Made by a program: the position numbers and the translations under genes | Shown: piece by piece, positions 35,279 through 49,959 of the stretch | Layout: each line of letters opens with the position of its first letter | Position numbering within the stretch: position 1 is the stretch's first letter | Notes under the pieces: generated by a model | Database searches by the model: none | Seen by the model: the letters and a program-made list of their open reading frames with translations, nothing else | Told to the model about the DNA's origin: nothing | Source of the DNA: Trichoplax adhaerens | Lineage: Eukaryota; Animalia; Placozoa | Assembly (NCBI RefSeq): GCF_000150275.1 | Contig: NW_002060948.1 | Coordinates: forward strand, 5,564,336 to 5,628,335 | Direction of reading: 5' to 3' | DNA length: 64,000 nucleotides

Positions 35279-38200
35279 GAGCAAATGATTAAATAATTTG
35301 TAAGTTTTTTGTTCGCTTTAATCCACTTAGAACGACAAAGACGAATACAAGTACATACTTTTTTTGTGTATATATATTGTTGCCAAGTTAGTGGCTGTTA
35401 CATTGCGAAAGTTTAATTTTGTGGTATGATCTGTACCAGCTTGTTCAACGAGCTAGTGTAATGTAAAACCACCTGTATCATGTATAATGAAAGATGGGTT
35501 CATGTTATTAGTTTACAGTTAATCACGAAGATCTGAAATGTGCGTTATCTTACTTAACTTTAATTTAAATCCTGTATCGATAAATAATAATGGCATGGTC
35601 TTTTATTGCTTTATCTTGGGATTTGTTACTCCTCGATTCTATGTCTTTCAAAATATTGGAGTGAATGTACAGTAGATAGATCCCTAGTGTACAGTATATT
35701 CATAGGCTTGTGTAGATTACATATTGCATTTTTTGGCCATGACAAGATGCAATTATGTTGGTATTCAAAGTTTTGTTTTTTTCTGCTTGGCCATGTTGTA
35801 GTTATAGTATATCAGGATTTCTATATCATTGATATATATATATATTGATTGTTAGTAGACTTTTAGAAGTACTTAATTCTCATCTTTACTAATGAGACGA
35901 AAGAAAATGGTTACAATTTTGTGTCTTGTTGTCTTCATATTATTACAGTAATGATGATATGTTGCGATCTCTATGCAGTTTTGTTTAATTTATTATGATA
36001 ATACAGTAACTACTTTAAATCTACGTTATGTTCTACCTTATACTGAATGAAACACGATTTCATTATTGTTATACATTTAAACTGTTGCACCTCGAATTGT
36101 TTAACGAAGGCATCAGAATTTAACTGCCTAAAAGAGAAGGCGATGACAGTAATTGTTAAGAAAATTAGTTGAAAAATTAGAATCGTAAATGTTATATTTA
36201 TCGTTAAGATCCAAAATTGAATAAAGTTAAAATATTTCTTGACATTTTGCAAACGGAATTTTTTTATACCTATTCCCTGTAGTACTTGCATTTAATATCG
36301 CCTCATTTGGCTATGATTTTAGGTTTATTTTATCGATATATGTAGCGAGCTTTGACAATGATACTCGTATATTAAATAGCAAAACTGAGGCTTTTTGATA
36401 ATCTTCATTTATATAAAAATGATCCATATACAGTAGTCTCTAAGACCGCGGTACATCATACTTTTAATAGCCCATCAGATATGTCCATTGTATAGTATTA
36501 ATCGTAACAGTAGAATTAAATAAAACAATTCGAACTAAAGTAATTTATTGCGCAATAATATAGCTAGTTAACTAGCTTCCAGTTTGATTGGGTGATTTAG
36601 AAAGTAATTATCATTGATAATTACTCTAATTACATGAGTCTATCTATTTACTAATGGACAATTACATGCACATCTAAAATTTAGAATAGAGTATTCGTAT
36701 ACAGACAGTATCAAGAACATTCCGAATAAATCTTTGCTATTTAACAATATTAACAAGTCCAATGATCACGATAATATCCATGAGCTATGCTTTCAGCGCG
36801 TATTATATAAGAATATAGGTATGAATACGATATTGTTCTGAATAATCTGGTTAAGCAATTGAAAATTATAACAAATTTGTTAGTAATGTTTGCCGCCGGT
36901 TGCTAATAGTGTTGAATGCACGCCGCTATGCAATATGCAAGATATCAGCCGCACGAATTTATTAAATCAACAGATTGGTGAATCCTTGAGAGTAAATACA
37001 TATAAATTCTTCTTTATACTATTTGATATCATGCACCTGAGTACTGATAACGTTAAAGCTTTACTACTGTATGATGGAGGGAATTTCACAGTCCAGAATT
37101 TATTAACTTCCTGGTTAAGCAAATGCTTAAACGCAGTTATCAGACTTGATATCGTTATATAGTTTCAGCCAATGAATATTGTTCGTATTGAGCTGCTGGT
37201 GTATACGAGTAAAAAAATATGAAATACTCGATACAACTCATGAATTTACGGTGCTGTAGTAAATTACTGTTTGTGCAAATGCTAGAAAACCCGATAAAAG
37301 ACTTATGTTATCCATAAGTATCAATTGCCAAATGATTTGAATGTTAGGAGGCATAAATGAAATAATCAGCTAATCTACACATTTGCTGTATGTAAGATCT
37401 TAGACTTTCGACTCTGATAATTAATTTACACGTATACGCTGATAAAACTGCAGCCTTCATATCTAATTTATTGGTTATAGCATGCAACTAAATTTTCTTG
37501 AACATCACTCTAAAGCTGATATGTGAATATTGAACTCTTAGCAAGATAAAGCCAAAGTATAACATCTTATCCATCCATAATATAGTGTCTACGTTATAAT
37601 ACCCTAGCTTAGATAACCCTAAAGGACTTCTGATACGTCATTCTCAGCTATAGTTATTTTATGGTATTTTTATACTTTTAAGAGCTAAAACATCAACTAC
37701 AATACATGGACTAGCCATTCATATTACAGGTCAAGCACTAGCATGCCACATTAATATTAGTCGCATAAAAGCATCTAATCCAATGCATTCTAGCATGTAA
37801 TCCACGCACTACTGGACTATTACAATAGTATACGAGTACTACAAATTAGCAATGCTTAAAGGATAGATACATATGATTTCGATGCTGTGTTTTTAATTAA
37901 TCTATAAAATGTCATCTATTCTTTCCTTTATTCTACATTTTTATAATGGGATGTTATCTAATTAGATAATAGGTAAGCATTTTTTAAACAATAGCCCACG
38001 CTATAGATAACAATATATCATTTGTTTAGAGAAGAATACTATCCATCCGCCTCTGGGTTGTCAATGACGCTAAAAGACCCATTCTTCCACTTCATCAACA
38101 TAGCTATCAATCTTATGCCAGATAGAATTAGCATTTTAAGTACTCTACGTCAGAACTAACAAGTTAATAGACTATACGATGATCAAAGGAGACTGTAAGT

Positions 38201-39680
38201 TATACTATATAACCGTTTGTATCATAATTGCCATAATATAGTCTTGAAAGCTTGTGTCATCTTACAATAAATTCCATCTTTCACAGATTAATTACGTTCA
38301 ACCGCACGAATGAATAATTATTTAAGTGGCGATGGCTGCAATTCTAATCTAAACTATTTCAAGTACTGATAATTTCGTTAAGTGAGAAAGGTAAGAGATA
38401 GGCAGAAATTTGGCGAGCTTAAAAGGAATGTGTTTATTAGAATCAGCGATTTTCTTGTTACCCTTACGGTAGTCAACTTGCCCATTCACCAACTTGTTAT
38501 ATTGTTATCTTTAGTCTATTATTAATTGAAGTAATTACTATATCATTACATGTACGTATATATATAAATAATATACTGTATACTAACGCTGTTGTTATGG
38601 GCACCACAGCGCTAACGTGAATCAACATAACACTGCCATCGACTATGTTGTTAATGATGTTAAGCTTAAGCTGATTCGACTGCGGTAATATGAATAAAAT
38701 AGCGACGCTTAAGTAATGCCGAAATATTTTTAAAATGATAGATAAAATGATCGACTAGCATGATGAAAGGAGAAACGATATCATATACTCCTTCATTTTG
38801 GATACGAATCTACTACATCTTATAGCTTCGATCATATCTATTTCTTGTAAATATACATTATTAAAAGCATTGATAGAATAGAATGTTAGAAACTTCTACT
38901 TCTAGAGAAGGTGGACTTGTAATCGTATAATGATTAGAAAATGATGGATCACTGAAATTCGTACATCTATGTTATCGGGGTCAACAATATCTTATAAATC
39001 ACTTTACTCTTAATAGAACGTGGGTAATATTTGCGATGATGTAAATATTATCTTCTGCTATGAATACTACCACTACATTATAGCAACTATGAATCGAGGT
39101 TCTTAAGAGGATAGCAGAATAGTTCAGGGCATCCGCTAGCTGAATTGTTGCTAATCCTTCCGATAATATGATATAATCTGAGTTAGACTGTACATTCGAT
39201 CATACAGATGAAGTCATTCTTATGCTATACAGCAATATGAACAATAATCTTAATGTACGAGTAATGTACGAGTATAACCGTTTCCATGTTACGAATTTAA
39301 TTGTTGCTAACATACCATTACAAATTTAATTTAAGAATTCATATTGCGATGAAAATAAAGTCAATCTTATATTAATAAGAATGTAACTTTCCTATAAATT
39401 AAAATTAAATCATGGTGTAACTATTTCAACCCGCAATTAAGGCATTTCTTATCCTATCGGTATAACGTTAACCTAAACATTTCATATAACAGAACTAAAG
39501 TTAGAGCATTTTAAAATGTATAGTCCATCGTAATGTTTCGCTATAGTAATAAAATTAAGCTTCTCAAGTCTCTAAGGACATCAATTATTCGAAACGATAC
39601 TGATTTTAATATTACTAAGTAGTTCTAGGAAAGATTTTAAGTTTCAGTTATCATTTTAAATCCGACTATTTTATTACTAG

Positions 39681-42600
39681 ATGGAAGACGAGGAGATTCA
39701 ACAGATTAATAAAAGATTAGAAAGTGATGGAATAGATGCAACTGCTACTGCTGAATTGAAATTGCGATATGTATGGAGGAAATTATGCCAAGCTGAAGAA
39801 CAATTGCAACATGCTATGCAAGATATTGATGATATCAATGATCGCCATTTTAACGAAAAATCTCAACTGGAAGATTATTTACAACATTGCCAAACGTTAA
39901 TGAATGAATTTCAAGAATATACCGTTGAGATGGCTAAAGCAAAGCAATCAAGCGCGAATAACTCTCACAATTCAAAATTTTCCGCCTATTCAGTGATTAA
40001 ATCCAATATTAGTATGTCGACACCATTAGCTAAAGGTCGCAATGGAGTTTCTAGTCCATCCAGTACCTTTAGCAGCCCATATATCAGCCCTAGAGAAGAG
40101 AAATATCGAGATATAACCAACACGAATAAGTCTTCCATGGATTCCGTCCTAGCTAATATTAAGCTTGAGCAAGTGCAATGTTATAACGATGAACTAAAGG
40201 AAAAAGTAATTACAACAGTAGATTAACTTTTAGCTGACTTTTAAAAATGAGGCTTATTTAATAACTTTATAAATTGTTAAAATATCTACTATATAACGAA
40301 CTTGACTACAAATGATTCTGATTTAGATCAGATTAGTTCCTTTACAATAATTCGTCAAGATATATTTTAACTGAGCAATTTATTCTAGAAGAAGTGTTAA
40401 CCTACTTCCGATCGTATCATGTAGAGAGAGACATTGCATACTATTATTCGTAACGTTACATTCAGCTGATAATAGATTAGCTATAATTACTGATGGTAAT
40501 TAATGGTATTAAAGCTTATTACTCGTAGCAATCAATAGCGATATACTGTACAGTATGATAAGGAAATGATCTGTTCTAGTAGAAGATGTTGATGTCCATC
40601 TTTCGAGATTATACCAGGAAGAAGATGCATGGGATACTCATTTGTTAACCAGTTTGGCTATAAACAATGATATCGATCAGTAGCATTAAAAACTATTACT
40701 TTACAACGGTGAATCGAGATGTATGCTAAAAAATAGTTTTAGTCGTAAGTACTGACATACTTTAACTATACAAGATACGTTTGATACTGTGCTGCTTGAT
40801 TGAACGTACAGTATAATTGGCTATAATTACTAATATCGATTAGCTCGGCAGCTTGAATAACAATTCCATTCAAAATTTTTTCTATAATATTGAATTTGTG
40901 AAGCAATTTCGAGTTAACAATATCTATAGTTATAGCTAAAGCTGGATTTCAAAGTAATTACGACTAAATACTATCTTGGATCTATTGATTAATTGTTCGA
41001 TTCGATGTATAAAATTTGACTATTAGCTTATTTCATTAATTTAGGGTAAATTAATTAAAGAATAAAGAATGTAGATAAAGTTGATCAATTATCATATCTA
41101 TTAAATGATGTAGCTTAACCTTCTTATAATTAATGTTATAGGTAAAGCAGCTGAATAAAACGCTCAAAGTAGAGCGTGATCGAGCCATGACACGCGATGT
41201 CGAACATCAAATTGCCATAAACAAAATTAAGATTACAAGCGAACAAATGGCAACTAATAAAAAATTTAATTTGGTAAGTTAGTTTAATGGCCATTGAAGA
41301 AAAATCTCTACTCCTGTGAATATTTCAAGATGTTATCGTGATTACTGTAGTCGTTTTAATTTAGCAGAGTAGTATAATACGACTTACGTATCTAAATGTA
41401 GCAAAAACTAGAGTATATTGCTATAAACTAATTCAAATTGATCTGAGTGATAGGATAACAAAACACGCAAGCTTTACAATTTAATCCGACTATAGATTAG
41501 CGTGTCATATCATCATTCCATGCTTTGCAGCTAGTATATTTATATACATGAAATTGATAGTCCATTTAGTGATGACTTGAGTGATTGTAGCTATTCAGTT
41601 TACTTTATTGGGTACTTCACTGTCTTTGGATTAGGAAGCAACATTGTATATTATTACGTTTAATCTGTAATGATGTTTAAATCTAGTTGAAGGTAATAGA
41701 CCACATTAATAAAATGTGTTACGTCGATACAGATTGAAACAATTAGGATTACTATTTCAATTATTACGATACTGGCTTGTAATCATTTTAGTGTCTACCC
41801 AAAATATAAAGTTCTGAACTGTTTTAATTTTGTAAGGAAAGACGGAATCAATTTATGATATAACGATACGGTAAATCGCTAACATTAATGTTTCTTCTTG
41901 ATGTCTTTAGGATATATTTAAATTTACTGACTCTAACAAATTAGCAGACCAGATGTCCGAGAATAATGAAAGGTAAGGAGTCACTGTTTTTGTTTACCTA
42001 TAAGTATGTCGATGATGATCGGCTCATATCATTTTTAGGCTTAAATTAAGATGAAATTATACAATGAGAATACAATACATAAAATTGTTATGATTAATTA
42101 TATTAATTCTAATTAATGGATTGTGATGGAGGGTTCGAAGAGTCAGATAATGTGGTTTTAGTTGCCATGCAGAGAATTGCACAAGGAGCTTAAGAAAAGA
42201 GGATACTTTATTGTAGATTGTAGTTAGGTACAGTGTGATAATTACGGTAGGTCAGTGTGTTAGCTGCCGTGAGTAAAGTGTGAATACTAACTGTAACTAA
42301 TAATGCAACTTAAAACAAATCTAAGGTAGAAAACGGCAGTATTTATAGCTATAGCATTAGAACACATGCAGAGAACATGATTGTAGGATTAGATACAACA
42401 TATACCGTAACAGGTTATAGAATAGCAGATGATTGTAGAAAATAGCGAGGACTGTAATAACTAAATGTAGTAAGCCATATTTGAATGTAGAGCGAACAGA
42501 CTGTAGATATGTCTAAATATAAGATCAACACAACATGTCTATATTTAAGAGTAGAATATAGCTACAGTATATTCTAAATACACTACATGGATAATTACCG

Positions 42601-45600
42601 TGCTTGCCATTACGATATAGTGAATCATATAAAGAAAAGCTTTCTAACCTCGCCATGGAAAATGAAGTCTTGAAACATCAAGTTAATGCTATTACAACTC
42701 AATTTAGCGATCGTTCAGAGCTATACGAGCAGATGCAGTCTGAAATAGATTTTACACAGAAACAAAATCACTTTATAAGACAGCGCTACGATCAACTTGT
42801 TTTCCAACTTGAACAGGAGGTAAAAGTAGTCTATTGCTCATTTACTGGAAATTTTAAATTTAATACCTCTTAGTAAAGTTGTTATGGTGTTGTGTGTGCT
42901 TTGAGACTAAAAGTATTGTGATCTGAGGTTTACAACGGAGAAAATAACTAGTACAGGTTCCAACATGTTTCTTTCAAATTTCAACTGCTGTATAACTTAG
43001 TAGCCAATTCATGATCAGGAGGGCATGGTTTTACATGGATCTAGTAACTAGATGAAGTTATAAGTGTGAATTTTATTATAACACAGTCTCATTTTTAAAG
43101 TTCTTGTATAGATAACCTAAGTATACCTTAATTAGTACCGTGTTTAGATAATATGGTGAAAGGCGATGTTTATCTATCTAAATATGTAAGGCATACATAA
43201 GCTCGTTATCAGTCGACATTCAAATAAACTATCGATCAGAAATGTCGAGATTGGCAAAATGCGAATTAGTTTTGATAATAATATACAGTACAGTAGTAAT
43301 TCCGACAGCATAGCAATACAAACTAATTTGCAGCTAAGCTAGATAAACATTGCCTCATGTTAAGCCGGTAACATTATTAATGTATTCCGCTATTCATACA
43401 AACATACGCGAATTACCGTATTGAATATGGCTTTCTTTCAATACTTTGTTGAATACTACAGAAGTCACAGAACGAATGTTTCCCATACTTTTTCAGTACA
43501 AAATTTGTATAAAATTGAGTCCAGAATGTATAGGAAACATGGAATTTTTTTCAATTTGGTGTATAATGCATTACTTAACGATAATTAGGCATAGCCTTTC
43601 AACCTAAATTTTGCAAAATAACATCTAGCGTGCAAAGATGAATCTGCAATAAAGGGTTTATCCCCATTTCCGTTGTTCTTATCTAGATGAGCGATGCAGC
43701 TGATATAGAAATTCGAAATTGTCAAGAGAAATTAAGCCATTATCAGGATATGAGTGAAAGATATGCTGATGAATGTGATTGCTTAAGGATGCAAGTTCAA
43801 AAACTACAACAGGAATTAGAAGCGACGTTGATTGCTAGTGCAGGAATAGAAAAAGTTTATTCGCAGAGTATTGATGACTTTAGGAAAGAAAAGATCAGGC
43901 TTGAGAAATTACTGGAATTGAAGGATAATAAAGATAAGAAGCAGGTTTGCCAAATATAAGTATCTGGAATTAAAACGAGTTCTACTTATGAATTTTCATT
44001 CCTCTCTTAATCTTGAGAGTTGGATGTCAGCTATAGCTGATTGTTATATTCGGGTTATACTGCTTCTCTTCTGATCTCTGCTATAATCATTCTGGAACCT
44101 TAAGTTAATAATTTCTATGGATAAGGTAGAAGTGATTCGTGATATTCACGATCGCTACTCGGTTTCTAGATTCGATAATTAAGTAATTCACGTATTAGAT
44201 GCAGCCGGCCTCTATTCGAGTTTATTGTAGCTAAACTAACGATAATAACAAAATTGAGGCGTCTTAATTCAACAGTCTCTTAGATAGAATGCGGATAGGT
44301 CCACAATTTGGAGTGGTATACCTTACTCAAGAAGAAAATATTAATTGTGAATTTATTTCTCCGCTTAGATTGACACAGTGGCTCGTTATAGCGGCAAACA
44401 TATTGCTTTAGAGTGTCAAGTAAACCATTTAAAGAGCCAGTTGAAGAAATTTCAAGATCAAAATACTGAGTTGGAAAAGCAAGTAAGTGAATGGATATAG
44501 AAAATCCTACTACAATCCATCAGTAATTGATGGTCTATTAAAACAATGACATTAGCGTGGAATATAAGATAGGAATATGCAAATATAATAGAAGAATGAA
44601 ATGAATAGGAATATTTAAAGTTATATTATGATTTTTTAATCGTATCATATCATACGGTATTTATTTTACTTTAAAGTCTAAATTTGATAAATAAGGAAAT
44701 TATGTTTAAATTGTCGCCAAATATAGTTAAAAGCAACAAAGATTACATTCGAAGAGCGATTTAAGAACACTAATGATGATAATATTCGATTGGCCAATCA
44801 ATTAAGCGAGAAAATCCAAGATATAAGAAAACAGGTGAGTCTAGATCTGTACTAATATTGCGTGGTTTAGATTTTGGTTACCATGAAGTAAGAATGGATG
44901 AATAGGATCCATGATTTAGCTGTTGATGATGTTGGAATAATTTCTCTTACTAAATCTCTAATCTAGAGCTCGGAATATTAATTTCATCATTGTTCATCAT
45001 TGACTCCCTTTGTTAATCTTGGTAGTAAATCATTACAGCTCATTTAATTCAATTTTGGATAATTCTATGCGAATAGGACGAAACGTTAGCGCAAATTAAG
45101 GATTGTTCAGCACGAGCAGAAAAGGATAAGGAAAAATTAAGGATAGAATTAGATAATCATAAATTACAGGTTGCAAGGTTTGAGCAAGAGGTAAATATTC
45201 TTGATTGTAAGCAGGTGATACTAAGGATCGATATACAAACATAAGATGTAGAACTTCGCATTAGTTACATATATACATATAATATTCTTAGGATGATAAT
45301 TCTAAATAGAGTTTTTGCTGTTCTAGTTACAAATTAGTATTAAAAATACAAGATTAATGGAAGAGAAATTTTTGGAGGAACAACGCATAAAAAATGGTAA
45401 AATTTCCTTGAACATCATTATAAGTAGTTACATAGGAAAGCACTGTTATCTTTTTACCATAGATATAAATAACAAGCTTGTCCACCTTTATCTACTATCT
45501 AGATAATCTGGAATTGATAGTTGTTGACCATAAATGCATTATCTATGAATATTATTCGTAAGATTAAAGTAATTGTCCACTTTTTGTTGTTTCATTTTAG

Positions 45601-48152
45601 GTCTAACTGGCTGGATTGAAAAATGCAAAATAAAATTACAGCATTATAGAGTAGCTAAGAAAAGATTAATCAAGGAAAAATCTGTCAGGTTATGACAAAA
45701 GTATTTTAAATTAACATCTAATCATGAAAATTGTTGACGAATATTCTCTTCAACTAACTTATATAGACATGCCTTACAAGAGAAAGTTAAAAAATCTGGT
45801 CGGCAAGTGAAGCTTTTACAAGAAAATCAGAAAAACTTCAAGGATATCATCGATCAATTACAAAAATCTGTTAATATTACTCAAAATGAATTAAGATTAA
45901 ATCAAGCCCAGAAAGAAAATCTACAAAATTTGGTATAGTGGAATAGTAATTTAAATGATTTTAGACCAGTACTTGTATAGATTAGAGGATAGAATGGATT
46001 CGATCATTTCATAGCAATCAAATTATAGTGAGAGTATCTTGTTTGATGCTTACTGACCGTATGCAGCGAATTTTATAGCCATCAGAGGCGAAATAGAATT
46101 GCAGAAGTTTATCAAAGCTATATAACGTTGATATTGTCAAGGATACCTACTCTGATAACCATATGCCATTTTCAATTTTATTGCTGTTAGGAGTAAAATG
46201 TTAACGTACTCGTTTGCCATTTCTAATGAGATATAACTATGACTGAGTTAGTGGTAATAAATGGCAGCTGTTAAGCAAAATTTTATAGTCAATGATCACT
46301 CAGTATAGCGAAGAAAATGTATAATACCACATATAAAATAGTAGTCACTTTTGCTAGATATCATTTAAATGTTGCCTGGAGATCCATGTGCAGGACTAAT
46401 TACAAACTAAATTAGAATAAAAAAATTTACTGTAGATTCATCAATATGAAATGATGTAGTTATACTGCTACTTTGAGCAAGAAATATGAAGCAAAATCGC
46501 TATCATTTTATTCACGTTTATCGGTTTCTTTATTTCATCTTGAAGCTAAATCAGAAACAAGGATCCATTTCGGTACTCCAACAACAAATTAAGCAAATGG
46601 AGCAAGAATGTTACGTCCTAACGACCAATTTTGAAGATGCAAGTAATCAGTTATCCGCTCGAGGCTACAGTCATAAAAATGCTATAACGGAGTTGATTGG
46701 TAAAATGGAAGAGCAAAGGTAATATATAATCTTAGAGTATAATCAATCTTTCTTAAGTAGGCTATCATTAGTCCCAGATACGCATCATATTTCTGATATA
46801 CACAGTAGTTTCCCAATGATTTACTCTTACAGCAAATCCTAAAATTAAAACTTTAGATACTACGTGCAGTAGATCTTTTAAAACAGAAAGTAATCCATGA
46901 ATGATATCCATCATCCATAATAGATCATGGATAAATTTGAATTGGAGACTTTTTATCTCATAATTTTAATACACAGTCTGTAAAAGATACTATCTGGTAA
47001 CGAGTTTTCCTTATTCTATAGCAGGAAGACTGACAATTTTACCTAAAATCCCCTAATTTTAAGTGTAGCTTTTATTTGTTAGAGTACTATTTGTATCAAG
47101 GTGTATGGTATGTCGTTGGATAAATTGAGTATTTGCACCTATTCTAAATTATTTGAAGTTATTAGCAATGGAATTGAAGGCTTATATGTATGAAATCATC
47201 ATTCCTGTAGATATTAATGACAATAGGAATTCACGGCTGTTATACTTTATCTTTGAATTTAGGGAAAGCTATGAAATTGAAAGGGGAAAGTTGGATAATA
47301 TCATTCATAGCCTAGAGCATCAATTAGAGATTTATAATGAAAAATTAGGCGAATTTAATTCAATTCATGCTCGTCAGCAGCAAGCTATTTGCCATTTACT
47401 GGAGGAAAAGAAGCAACTGGAAGATCGGTAATGATGCAAATTCGTAATCTATATTATAATTATAATAATGGTTTAGTTTGCTTAGTAATTTTTGCATAAA
47501 ATCATATACTTGAGCGCATCTATGCGTACATTTTATATTGGAGAATACAGTCGAAGATGATATTTGTAATGTCTGAATCATGGTATATTTGAATGTATAT
47601 TTGCATACTCCTTTTGAAAATACTACTGTAAATGAATGTACAGCAGGAGAAATGGCGTTGTGTTGATTTATCGCCTGGTTATAATCTTATCTGTCTTTGT
47701 ATACTTACTGTCTTCTATTTGATATGTAGTTTAACTCTCAAATCGCAATTGCAAGAGGACAATAGAATGCTGTTGGATAAAATTACTGCACAATTTGAAA
47801 TTATTGAGAAAGAAAATCAGTTACTACAGGATAAAGCAAGGTCGTTGCAATTAGATAAAGAGAGATTGGGGAAAGAATTAGATAATAAGAATATCAACGT
47901 AAGTCCATTGAGATTATTAATTAAAAATGAGAGTTGAGGTTGTACCAGCTCAATGCAATACTTGAAATGTTTATTTTGTAGGATTCATCATGGGATGCAG
48001 AGAATTTATATAGTAATCCATGGTATCACGTTAAATATCATGATGAAGATATCGATAGCGATCACTACAAGCAATTACATAAAAACTATAATATTGAGGA
48101 ATTTCTAAACAGCCCTGGCAAGGGATCAAGCTTGCATGAATTTGATTATTAA
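39681..48152 (+). CDS. Long coiled-coil protein, CCDC30-like, ~15 exons
   Basis: First coding exon 39681-40205 (RLESDGIDATATAELKLRYVWRKLCQAEEQLQHAM...LEDYLQH), then heptad-rich exons near 41142, 41911, 42620, 43687, 44369, 44727, 45077, 45327, 45601, 45768, 46546, 47263, 47730 and 47982; ends SLHEFDY* (TAA 48150-48152). The CCDC30 resemblance is from recollection of non-mammalian N-termini; internal boundaries are approximate. Confidence 0.75.
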
Positions 48153-48459
48153 TTTTGCAGTATCAATGGTATCATTGTTTATAGCTTATATCGATTTTAT
48201 ATCTTATTAAACTTTTTTTGATGATAGTTTGCAATTTATCAAGGCAATTGTAATTCTGATATGTAAAGTTTAGCAGCTGTAATAAGGTAAAGATATTTTT
48301 GGATTATTTTTGATTTTTCTAATTTTATTCTGTATACAATGAAGCTTTATTCTTCATTTTATACACTAGCCGTAATTACAATGATGTTGATTATATATTA
48401 TTCCAAGCCTGTCTTACTATTTGGTAGTCTAATGTAAAGATTTTACGCTACCTCGCTAT

Positions 48460-48830
48460 CTAGAATGATTTTAAGTATTTTAAATGGACATTTTACTCGT
48501 ATATATTATAATGATGATGATCATCATCATTCTAATATATACTTAGAATGGTTTTCAGGTATTTTAAATGGACATCTTATTCCTAGGTAGTATAATGATG
48601 AAGATGGTCATTCTAATATATACTTAGAATGGTTTTCAGGTATTTTAAATGGACATCTTATTCCTAGGTAGTATAATGATGATGATGGTCATTCTAATAT
48701 TGTCAGTAGAATGATTTTAAAGATTTTGAACGGACATCTTATTCATATGTAGTGCATATAATAATGATGATGATGATGATAATAATAAATGGGCATCTTA
48801 TTGATACGAGTATGTAGTAGAATCATTTAG
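48460..48830. repeat. ~81-bp minisatellite, 4-5 copies, with inverted unit ends (TAGAATG...CATTCTA)
   Basis: Units start near 48461, 48544, 48625 and 48707, with a degenerate remnant after ~48785. Copies 2 and 3 are near-identical (TAGAATGGTTTTCAGGTATTTTAAATGGACATCTTATTCCTAGGTAGTATAATGATG.AGATGGTCATTCTA). Confidence 0.9.
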
Positions 48831-49443
48831 ATATCGAGTTCCGTTATAGGCTAGCAAGAAGACAAGTTGCTGTATCTCAATACGACTATTAGAGTGGCCT
48901 ATTTCCTAGTCTAATTGTCACGACGTAAGACTAGCCGGTGTCAATTCTTGAATACTGTAGAAAGAATTGCCATGTTGAAAAGCGATTTTCTAGCAGTATT
49001 TGGGCCGAGTTTTACTTTCTTCTTAGCTCGATGCAGCCTGGAATCCTGGAACAAATACACCACACCCTGCAATATGGTCGCTATGGCAATTCTATCCAGT
49101 ATCTATCGATAATAATATTATAATTAGCAACCACTCACCGCCCTTACCGCACCAGTTGGGGTCAGCGGTATGTTTACAAAAAAAAATTTCTTGATGAGGA
49201 ATAATTGGTGTTTGCAGTGCTACTGTAGAAGCTGTTGAAAAAGGAAGAGAAAATTTCAACAATAAAACCATATTCAACTGTCTTATTCATGAGTGAAACT
49301 GGAAAAAGTTTCCCTTGCTCTCTTTTTTTCCAATCGTTGCTGTTAGTAGCTGTAGAGCACAGGCAGATTGCATGGCTACATTGATTGCTCCTCCCCCATT
49401 TTTCTTCATTAGCCAGGAATAATTTAGCTCGAGTCCTGCTAAC

Positions 49444-49454
49444 TGCTGACTCAT
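49444..49454 (-). promoter_or_regulatory. Consensus CNC-sMaf / antioxidant response element (ATGAGTCAGCA) upstream of PGD
   Basis: The plus strand TGCTGACTCAT equals RTGASTCAGCA on the minus strand; ~440 bp upstream of the TATA box. Confidence 0.5.
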
Positions 49455-49894
49455 GCCGTTGCAAAGATGGCTGTTAGCCTTTTCGATTGGCTTACATGAT
49501 CAACTTGTAGCAGTTGCAATTTTAGATTTATGGGATGGATTATTGTGAGTAGAATTACAAGGGGTTGCTATTCTCCCATGACATCAGTTAATTTATAACT
49601 TGTTTTTATACACTATTTTCCCAGCTTGAGATCGATATCCGATAGAACCATAAGAGAATTCTCTTTCAGCCCCTTCTAGCTCAGCGGTGAGCATGATGTC
49701 CGGATTGACTTTTGGAAATAAGTCTGTCTTCTATATAACAGTATGGGCACAATCGCCTACATCATACACTACCTAGACAGTCTACGCTCGACTGCCCTTA
49801 CTCGATGCTCGATACGATTGTACACCAGTATACTACCCCATACAATACCTTGAATCCAGTCTATATACTACTTCATATGATCAGCCCACTTGGC

Positions 49895-49902
49895 TATATA
49901 AA
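49895..49902 (+). promoter_or_regulatory. TATA box of PGD
   Basis: TATATAAA followed ~25-35 nt later by a pyrimidine-rich tract (TTTCTTTCTTCTCATCT), ~140 nt before the ATG at 50034. Confidence 0.6.
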
Positions 49903-49959
49903 GTAACTCAGAAAGTGCATTTTCTTTCTTCTCATCTTATCCCATCAAGACGGATAGCT

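Noticed and set aside
35600-38400. Short hydrophobic ORFs downstream of FoxJ2/3
   Set aside because: AT-rich UTR/intergenic composition, no homology cues and no consistent exon chain.
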